Positions 30,001-39,604 of a DNA stretch of 53,700 bases are shown piece after piece. A model generated the notes under the pieces. That model saw only the letters and a list, made by a program, of their open reading frames with translations, was not told the origin of the DNA and did no database searches. The DNA lies in the NCBI GenBank assembly GCA_002189035.1, contig NEEC01000300.1, positions 1-53,700 on the forward strand. Direction: 5' to 3'. This DNA is from Utricularia gibba (taxonomy: Eukaryota > Plantae > Magnoliophyta). The position numbers were made by a program, and so were the translations under genes. Position 1 is the stretch's first letter. Each line of letters begins with the position of its first letter.

Positions 30001-33000
30001 ATAAATACATCACTTTATTTGCCGGACTACAACTAACTCGTGCAAGCCAAACCTTACCTTTGTCCCGTTCCAGTGCACCCAAAGACCGCCTGCTCAAGTA
30101 TAAAGTAAGTTGTTGAAAAAATCATGTGGGTGCACGTGATATCGCAATTTAAACAAATGCAACATTGTATTCATCGATTTGCATCCTTTTGTCCTCATGA
30201 GCCATAAAGAATCGCGGGCCCGGACCAAGTTCCTAGCGAGACTGGCCGCCACAAAACGAGAAGCTGTTCCTTGAAAAACCATGTAGGCAACACCGAAAAC
30301 CGAACGTTAATAAATACATCACTTTCTTTGCCGGGCTACAACTTACTTTGGCCAAGGCCTAAGCTGATCTTTTTCCGGTTCCAAGTGCCCCAAGACCGCC
30401 TTCTCAGTATAAAGTAAGTTGTTGAAAAAATCATGTGGGGTGCACGTGACATCATAATTTAAACAAATGGATCATTTTTTTTAATCGATTTGCATCCAGT
30501 TGACCTCATGAGCCATACAGAATCGGGTCAAGGACCAAGTTCCCAGCGAGACTGGCCGCCACAAAACGAGAAGCGGTTCCTTGAAAAACCATGTAGGCAG
30601 CCCCCGAAAAACCGAACGATAATAAATACATCACTTTATTTGCCGGACTACAACTAACTCTCGGTGCAAGCCAAACCTTACCTTTGTCCCGTTCCAGGTG
30701 CACCCAAGAGCGCCTCCTCAAGTATAAAGTAAGTTGTTGAAAAAATCATGTGGGGTGCACGTGATATCGCAATTTAAACAAATGCAACATTGTTTCATCG
30801 ATTTGCATCCTTTTGTCCTCATGAGCCATAAAGAATCGCGGGCCGGACCAAGTTCCTAGCGAGACTGGCCGCCACAAAACGAGAAGCTGTTCCTTGAAAA
30901 ACCATGTAGGCAACACCGAAAACCGAACGTTAATAAATACATCACTTTCTTTGCCGGGCTACAACTTACTTTGGGCCAAGGCCTAAGCTGATCTTTTTCC
31001 GGTTCCAAGTGCCCCCCAAGACCGCCTCTCAAGTATAAAGTAAGTTGTTAAAAAATCATGTGGGGTGCACGTGACATCGTAATTTAAACAAATGGATCAT
31101 TTTTTTTAATCGATTTGCATCCAGTTGACCTCATGAGCCATACAGAATCGGGGTCAAGGACCAAGTTCCAGCGAGACTGGCCGCCACAAAACGAGAAGCG
31201 GTTCCTTGAAAAACCATGTAGGCAGCCCCCGAAAACCGAACGATAATAAATACATCACTTTATTTGCCGGACTACAACTAACTCTCGGTGCAAGCCAAAC
31301 CTTACCTTTTCCCGTTCCAGGTGCACCCAAGACCGCCCTGCTCAAGTATAAAGTAAGTTGTTGAAAAAATCATGTGGGGTGCACGTGATATCGCAATTTA
31401 AACAAATGCAACATTGTATTCATCGATTTGCATCCTTTTGTCCTCATGAGCCATAAAGAATCGCGGGCCCGGACCAAGTTCCTAGCGAGACTGGCCGCCA
31501 CAAAACGAGAAGCTGTTCCTTGAAAAACCATGTAGGCAACACCGAAAACCGAACGTTAATAAATACATCACTTTCTTTGCCGGGCTACAACTTACTTTGG
31601 GCCAAGGCCTAAGCTGATCTTTTTCCGGTTCCAAGTGCCCCCCAAGACCGCCTCTCAGTATAAAGTAAGTTGTTAAAAAAATCATGTGGGGTGCACGTGA
31701 CATCATAATTTAAACAAATGATCATTTTTTTTAATCGATTTGCATCCAGTTGACCTCATGAGCCATACAGAATCGGGGTCAAGGACCAAGTTCCCAGCGA
31801 GACTGGCCGCCACAAAACGAGAAGCGGTTCCTTGAAAAACCATGTAGGCAGCCCCGAAAACCGAACGATAATAAATACATCACTTATTTGCCGGACTACA
31901 ACTAACTCTCGGTGCAAGCCAAACCTTACCTTTGTCCCGTTCCAGGTGCACCCAAAGACCGCCTTCTCAAGTATAAAGTAAGTTGTTGAAAAAATCATGT
32001 GGGTGCACGTGATATCGCAATTTAAACAAATGCAACATTGTATTCATCGATTTGCATCCTTTTGTCCTCATGAGCCATAAAGAATCGGGGCCCGGACCAA
32101 GTTCCTAGCGAGACTGGCCGCCACAAAACGAGAAGCTGTTCCTTGAAAAACCATGTAGGCAACACCGAAAACCGAACGTTAATAAATACATCACTTTCTT
32201 TGCCGGGCTACAACTTACTTTGGGCCAAGGCCTAAGCTGATCTTTTTCCGGTTCCAAGTGCCCCCCAAGACCGCCTCCTCATGTATAAAGTAAGTTGTTA
32301 AAAAAATCATGTGGGGTGCACGTGACATCGTAATTTAAACAAATGATCATTTTTTTTAATCGATTTGCATCCAGTTGACCTCATGAGCCATACAGAATCG
32401 GGGTCAAGGACCAAGTTCCCAGCGAGACTGGCCGCCACAAAACGAGAAGCGGTTCCTTGAAAAACCATGTAGGCAGCCCCCGAAAACCGAACGATAATAA
32501 ATACATCACTTTATTTGCCGGACTACAACTAACTCTCGGTGCAAGCCAAACCTTACCTTTGTCCCGTTCCAGGTGCACCCAAAGACCGCCTCTCAAGTAT
32601 AAAGTAAGTTGTTGAAAAAATCATGTGGGGTGCACGTGATATCGCAATTTAAACAAATGCAACATTGTATTCATCGATTTGCATCCTTTTGTCCTCATGA
32701 GCCATAAAGAATCGCGGGCCCGGACCAAGTTCCTAGCGAGACTGGCCCCACAAAACGAGAAGCTGTTCCTTGAAAAACCATGTAGGCACACCGAAAACCG
32801 AACGTTAATAAATACATCACTTTCTTTGCCGGGCTACAACTTACTTTGGGCCAAGCCTAAGCTGACCTTTTTCCGGTTCCAAGTGCCCCCAAGACCGCCT
32901 CCTCATGTATAAAGTAGTTGTTAAAAAAATCATGTGGGGTGCACGTGACATCGTAATTTAAACAAATGCATCATTTTTTTTAATCGATTTGCATCCAGTT

Positions 33001-33780
33001 GACCTCATGAGCCATACAGAATCGGGGTCAAGGACCAAGTTCCCAGCGAGACTGGCCGCCACAAAACGAGAAGCGGTTCCTTGAAAAACCATGTAGGCAG
33101 CCCCCGAAAACCGAACGATAATAAATACATCACTTTATTTGCCGGACTACAACTAACTCTCGGTGCAAGCCAAACCTTACCTTTGTCCCGTTCCAGGTGC
33201 ACCCAAAGACCGCCTGCTCAAGTATAAAGTAAGTTGTTGAAAAAATCATGTGGGTGCACGTGATATCGCAATTTAAACAAATGCAACATTGTATTCATCG
33301 ATTTGCATCCTTTTGTCCTCATGAGCCATAAAGAATCGCGGGCCCGGACCAAGTTCCTAGCGAGACTGGCCGCCACAAAACGAGAAGCTGTTCCTTGAAA
33401 AACCATGTAGGCAACACCGAAAACCGAACGTTAATAAATACATCACTTTCTTTGCCGGCTACAACTTACTTTGGGCCAAGGCCTAAGCTGATCTTTTTCC
33501 GGTTCCAAGTGCCCCCCAAGACCGCCTCTCAAGTATAAAGTAAGTTGTTGAAAAAATCATGTGGGGTGCACGTGACATCGTAATTTAAACAAATGATCAT
33601 TTTTTTTAATCGATTTGCATCCAGTTGACCTCATGAGCCATACAGAATCGGGTCAAGGACCAAGTTCCAGCGAGACTGGCCGCCACAAACGAGAAGCGGT
33701 TCCTTGAAAAACCATGTAGGCAGCCCCGAAACCGAACGATAATAAATACATCACTTTATTTGCCGACTACAACTAACTCT

Positions 33781-33800
33781 CGGGCAAGGCAATGAGCCAT
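33781..33800. other. Junction of a ~150-bp deletion fusing an A tail to the interior of the next B monomer
   Basis: The sequence reads CTCGGGCAAG-GCA-ATGAGCCATAAAGAATCGC. The B anchor is absent, and consecutive A anchors (33566, 34034) are 468 bp apart instead of about 620-630. Confidence 0.9.
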
Positions 33801-36800
33801 AAAGAATCGCGGGCCGGACCAAGTTCCTAGCGAGACTGGCCGCCACAAAACGAGAAGCTGTTCCTTGAAAAACCATGTAGGCAACACGAAAACCGAACGT
33901 TAATAAATATCACTTTCTTTGCCGGGCTACAACTTACTTTGGGCCAAGGCCTAAGCTGATCTTTTTCCGGTTCCAAGTGCACCCAAAGACCGCCTCTCAA
34001 GTATAAAGTAAGTTGTTGAAAAAATCATGTGGGGTGCACGTGACATAAATTTAAACAAATGGATCATTTTTTTTAATCGATTTGCATCCAGTTGACCTCA
34101 TGAGCCATACAGAATCGGGGTCAAGGACCAAGTTCCAGCGAGACTGGCCGCCACAAAACGAGAAGCGGTTCCTTGAAAAACCATGTAGGCAGCCCCGAAA
34201 ACCGAACGATAATAAATACATCACTTTTTTGCCGGACTACAACTAACTCTCGGTGCAAGCCAAACCTTACTTTGTCCGTTCCAGGTGCCCCAAAGACCGC
34301 CTGCTCAAGTATAAAGTAAGTTGTTGAAAAAATCATGTGGGGTGCACGTGATATCGCAATTTAAACAAATGCAACATTGTATTCATCGATTTGCATCCTT
34401 TTGTCCTCATGAGCCATAAAGAATCGCGGGCCCGGACCAAGTTCCTAGCGAGACTGGCCGCCACAAAACGAGAAGCTGTTCCTTGAAAAACCATGTAGGC
34501 AACACCGAAAACCGAACGTTAATAAATACATCACTTTCTTTGCCGGGCTACAACTTACTTTGGGCCAAGGCCTAAGCTGACTTTTTCCGGTTCCAAGTGC
34601 ACCAAGACCGCCTTCTCAAGTATAAAGTAAGTTGTTGAAAAAATCATGTGGGGTGCACGTGACATCATAATTTAAACAAATGGATCATTTTTTTTAATCG
34701 ATTTGCATCCAGTTGACCTCATGAGCCATACAGAATCGGGGTCAAGGACCAAGTTCCAGCGAGACTGGCCGCCACAAAACGAGAAGCGGTTCCTTGAAAA
34801 ACCATGTAGGCAGCCCCGAAAACCGAACGATAATAAATACATCACTTTATTTGCCGGACTACAACTAACTCGGTGCAAGCCAAACTTACTTTGTCCGTTC
34901 CAGGTGCACCAAAGACCGCCTGCTCAAGTATAAAGTAAGTTGTTGAAAAAATCATGTGGGGTGCACGTGATATCGCAATTTAAACAAATGCAACATTGTA
35001 TTCATCGATTTGCATCCTTTTGTCCTCATGAGCCATAAAGAATCGCGGGCCCGGACCAAGTTCCTAGCGAGACTGGCCGCCACAAAACGAGAAGCTGTTC
35101 CTTGAAAAACCATGTAGGCAACACGAAAACCGAACGTTAATAAATACATCACTTTCTTTGCCGGGGCTACAACTTACTTTGGGCCAAGGCCTAAGCTGAT
35201 TTTTTCCGGTTCCAAGTGCCCCAAAGACCGCCTTCTCAAGTATAAAGTAAGTTGTTGAAAAAATCATGTGGGGTGCACGTGACATCAAATTTAAACAAAT
35301 GCATCATTTTTTTTAATCGATTTGCATCCAGTTGACCTCATGAGCCATACAGAATCGGGGTCAAGGACCAAGTTCCAGCGAGACTGGCCGCACAAAACGA
35401 GAAGCGGTTCTTGAAAAACATGTAGGCAGCCCCGAAAACCGAACGATAATAAATACATCACTTTATTTGCCGGACTACAACTAACTCTCGGTGCAAGCCA
35501 AACCTTACCTTTGTCCGTTCCAGGTGCACCCAAAGACGCCTGCTCAAGTATAAAGTAAGTTGTTGAAAAAATCATGTGGGGTGCACGTGATATCGCAATT
35601 TAAACAAATGCAACATTGTATTCATCGATTTGCATCCTTTTGTCCTCATGAGCCATAAAGAATCGCGGGCCCGGACCAAGTTCCTAGCGAGACTGGCCGC
35701 CACAAAACGAGAAGCTGTTCCTTGAAAAACCATGTAGGCAACACCGAAAACCGAACGTTAATAAATACATCACTTTCTTTGCCGGGCTACAACTTACTTT
35801 GGGCAAGGCCTAAGCTGATCTTTTTCCGGTTCCAAGTGCACCCAAAGACCGCTTCTCAAGTATAAAGTAAGTTGTTGAAAAAATCATGTGGGGTGCACGT
35901 GACATCAAATTTAAACAAATGGATCATTTTTTTTAATCGATTTGCATCCAGTTGACCTCATGAGCCATACAGAATCGGGGTCAAGGACCAAGTTCCAGCG
36001 AGACTGGCCGCCACAAAGAGAAGCGGTTCTTGAAAAACCATGTAGGCAGCCCCGAAAACCGAACGATAATAAATACATCACTTTATTTGCCGGACTACAA
36101 CTAACTCAAAGCCAAACTTACTTTGTCCGTTCCAGGTGCACCCAAAGACCGCCTGCTCAAGTATAAAGTAAGTTGTTGAAAAAATCATGTGGGGTGCACG
36201 TGATATCGCAATTTAAACAAATGCAACATTGTATTCATCGATTTGCATCCTTTTGTCCTCATGAGCCATAAAGAATCGCGGGCCCGGACCAAGTTCCTAG
36301 CGAGACTGGCCGCACAAAAACGAGAAGCTGTTCCTTGAAAAACCATGTAGGCAACACCGAAAACCGAACGTTAATAAATACATCACTTTCTTTGCGGGCT
36401 ACAACTTACTTTGGGCCAAGGCCTAAGCTGATTTTTTCCGGTTCCAAGTGCACCCAAAGACCGCTTCTCATATAAAGTAAGTTGTTGAAAAAATCATGTG
36501 GGGTGCACGTGACATCATAATTTAAACAAATGGATCATTTTTTTTAATCGATTTGCATCCAGTTGACCTCATGAGCCATACAGAATCGGGGTCAAGGACC
36601 AAGTTCCCAGCGAGACTGGCCGCCACAAAACGAGAAGCGGTTCCTTGAAAAACCATGTAGGCAGCCCGAAAACCGAACGATAATAAATACATCACTTTAT
36701 TTGCCGGACTACAACTAACTCTCGTGCAAGCCAAACCTTACTTTGTCCGTTCCAGGTGCACCAAAAGACCGCTGTCAAGTATAAAGTAAGTTGTTGAAAA

Positions 36801-38974
36801 AATCATGTGGGGTGCACGTGATATCGCAATTTAAACAAATGCAACATTGTATTCATCGATTTGCATCCTTTTGTCCTCATGAGCCATAAAGAATCGCGGG
36901 CCCGGACCAAGTTCCTAGCGAGACTGGCCGCCACAAAACGAGAAGCTGTTCCTTGAAAAACCATGTAGGCAACACGAAAACCGAACGTTAATAAATACAT
37001 CACTTTCTTTGCCGGGCTACAACTTACTTTGGGCCAAGGCCTAAGCTGATCTTTTTCCGGTTCCAAGTGCACCAAAGACCGCCTTCTCAAGTATAAAGTA
37101 AGTTGTTGAAAAAATCATGTGGGTGCACGTGACATCATAATTTAAACAAATGGATCATTTTTTTTAATCGATTTGCATCCAGTTGACCTCATGAGCCATA
37201 CAGAATCGGGGTCAAGGACCAAGTTCCCAGCGAGACTGGCGCCACAAACGAGAAGCGGTTCCTTGAAAAACATGTAGGCAGCCCCGAAAACCGAACGATA
37301 ATAATACATCACTTTATTTGCCGGACTACAACTAACTCTCGATGCAAGCCAAACCTTACCTTTGTCCCGTTCCAGGTGCACCCAAAGACCGCCTGCTCAA
37401 GTATAAAGTAAGTTGTTGAAAAAATCATGTGGGTGCACGTGATATCGCAATTTAAACAAATGCAACATTGTATTCATCGATTTGCATCCTTTTGTCCTCA
37501 TGAGCCATAAAGAATCGCGGGCCCGGACCAAGTTCCTAGCGAGACTGGCCGCCACAAAACGAGAAGCTGTTCCTTGAAAAACCATGTAGGCAACACCGAA
37601 AACCGAACGTTAATAAATACATCACTTTCTTTGCCGGGCTACAACTTACTTTGGGCCAAGGCCTAAGCTGATCTTTTTCCGGTTCCAAGTGCACCCAAAG
37701 ACCGCCTTCTCAAGTATAAAGTAAGTTGTTGAAAAAATCATGTGGGGTGCACGTGACATCATAATTTAAACAAATGGATCATTTTTTTTAATCGATTTGC
37801 ATCCAGTTGACCTCATGAGCCATACAGAATCGGGGTCAAGGACCAAGTTCCCAGCGAGACTGGCCGCCACAAAACGAGAAGCGGTTCCTTGAAAAACCAT
37901 GTAGGCAGCCCCCGAAAACCGAACGATAATAAATACATCACTTTATTTGCCGGACTACAACTAACTTCGGCAAGCCAACCTTACTTTGTCCGTTCCAGTG
38001 CACCCAAAGACCGCCTCTCAAGTATAAAGTAAGTTGTTGAAAAAATCATGTGGGGTGCACGTGATATCGCAATTTAAACAAATGCAACATTGTATTCATC
38101 GATTTGCATCCTTTTGTCCTCATGAGCCATAAAGAATCGCGGGCCCGGACCAAGTTCCTAGCGAGACTGGCCGCCACAAAACGAGAAGCTGTTCCTTGAA
38201 AAACCATGTAGGCAACACCGAAAACCGAACGTTAATAAATACATCACTTTCTTTGCCGGGCTACAACTTACTTTGGGCCAAGCCTAAGCTGACCTTTTTC
38301 CGGTTCCAAGTGCACCCAAGACCGCCTGTATAAAGTAAGTTGTTGAAAAAATCATGTGGGGTGCACGTGACATCGTAATTTAAACAAATGCATCATTTTT
38401 ATCGATTTGCATCCTTGTCCTCATGAGCCATAAGAATCGGGGCAAGGACCAAGTTCCAGCGAGACTGGCCGCCACAAAACGAGAAGCTGTTCCTTGAAAA
38501 ACCATGTAGGCAACACCGAAAACCGAACGTTAATAAATACATCACTTTCTTTGCCGGGCTACAACTTACTTTGGGCCAAGGCCTAAGCTGATCTTTTTCC
38601 GGTTCCAAGTGCACCCAAAGACCGCCTTCTCAAGTATAAAGTAAGTTGTTGAAAAAATCATGTGGGGTGCACGTGACATCATAATTTAAACAAATGGATC
38701 ATTTTTTTAATCGATTTGCATCCAGTTGACCTCATGAGCCATACAGAATCGGGCAAGGACCAAGTTCCCAGCGAGACTGGCCGCCACAAACGAGAAGCGG
38801 TTCCTTGAAAAACCATGTAGGCAGCCCCCGAAAACCGAACGATAATAAATACATCACTTTATTTGCCGGACTACAAACTAACTCGGCAAGCCAAACCTTA
38901 CCTTTGTCCCGTTCCAGTGCACCCAAAGACCGCCTGCTCAAGTATAAAGTAAGTTGTTGAAAAAATCATGTGGG

Positions 38975-39288
38975 GTGCACGTGATATCGCAATTTAAACA
39001 AATGCAACATTGTATTCATCGATTTGCATCCTTTTGTCCTCATGAGCCATAAAGAATCGCGGGCCCGGACCAAGTTCCTAGCGAGACTGGCCGCCACAAA
39101 ACGAGAAGCTGTTCCTTGAAAAACCATGTAGGCAACACCGAAAACCGAACGTTAATAAATACATCACTTTCTTTGCCGGGCTACAACTTACTTTGGGCCA
39201 AGGCCTAAGCTGATCTTTTTCCGGTTCCAAGTGCACCCAAAGACCGCCTTCTCAAGTATAAAGTAAGTTGTTGAAAAAATCATGTGGG
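38975..39288. repeat. Subtype B monomer, 314 bp (reference copy)
   Basis: Diagnostic words in order: GTGATATCGC, CAACATTGTATTCATC, CCTTTTGTCC, ATAAAGAATCGCGGGCCCGG, CCTAGC, AAGCTGTT, GGCAACACC, ACGTTAAT, TTTCTTT, CCGGGCT, AACTTACTTTGGGCCAAGGCCTAAGCTGATC, CCTTCTC. The next B (39605-39918) has the same length and words. Confidence 0.96.
39183..39271. repeat. Perfect 12-bp inverted repeat in the B tail (example copy; present in most B monomers)
   Basis: ACAACTTACTTT (39183-39194) is the exact reverse complement of AAAGTAAGTTGT (39260-39271), with a 65-bp spacer. In A the left arm is ACAACTAACTCT, which has 2 mismatches. Confidence 0.9.
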
Positions 39289-39604
39289 GTGCACGTGACA
39301 TCATAATTTAAACAAATGGATCATTTTTTTTAATCGATTTGCATCCAGTTGACCTCATGAGCCATACAGAATCGGGGTCAAGGACCAAGTTCCCAGCGAG
39401 ACTGGCCGCCACAAAACGAGAAGCGGTTCCTTGAAAAACCATGTAGGCAGCCCCCGAAAACCGAACGATAATAAATACATCACTTTATTTGCCGGACTAC
39501 AACTAACTCTCGGTGCAAGCCAAACCTTACCTTTGTCCCGTTCCAGGTGCACCCAAAGACCGCCTGCTCAAGTATAAAGTAAGTTGTTGAAAAAATCATG
39601 TGGG
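39289..39604. repeat. Subtype A monomer, 316 bp (reference copy)
   Basis: Diagnostic words in order: GTGACATCAT, GATCATTTTTTTTAATC, CCAGTTGACC, ATACAGAATCGGGGTCAAGG, CCCAGC, AAGCGGTT, GGCAGCCCCC, ACGATAAT, TTTATTT, CCGGACT, AACTAACTCTCGGTGCAAGCCAAACCTTACC, CCTGCTC. Hand alignment to B gives 40 differences (38 substitutions and 2 single-base indels), about 87% identity. Confidence 0.96.

Larger units (their letters stand above)
38975..39604. repeat. Reference copy of the 630-bp dimeric higher-order repeat (B monomer + A monomer)
   Basis: B-type anchors at 38975 and 39605 are exactly 630 bp apart, with an A-type anchor at 39289. The same B-A alternation runs through most of the window, for example 27030-33565, 34034-38360 and 48205-53700. 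Confidence 0.97.

Noticed and set aside
39254-39263. TATAAA as a TATA-box promoter in each monomer
   Set aside because: It is a single common hexamer with no supporting initiator, downstream gene or expression evidence.
39271-39295. Assignment to a named family such as CentO or CentC, based on the ~157-bp subunit and a minus-strand ACATGATTTTT word
   Set aside because: The resemblance rests on unit length and a short word compared from memory, and the spacing to the next shared word differs. A database alignment is needed, so no family or species is named.
39219-39552. CENP-B box-like words on the minus strand (TTGGAACCGGAA in B at 39219-39230; TGGAACGGGA in A at 39536-39545)
   Set aside because: Only the 3' half resembles YTTCGTTGGAARCGGGA. 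The essential TTCG is replaced by GCAC, and only about 10-11 of 17 positions match, so a canonical functional box is not supported.
38975-39604. Budding-yeast point centromere (CDEI plus CCGAAA as a CDEIII core)
   Set aside because: There is no ~80-bp AT-rich CDEII, the motifs are on opposite strands with the wrong spacing, and point centromeres are not tandemly arrayed.
38975-39604. Tandem functional RNA gene array (5S, tRNA, snRNA or SL RNA)
   Set aside because: There is no colinear full-length match, cloverleaf or clear A/B-box pair. Only the short 5S-like words reported as a low-interest finding are present.
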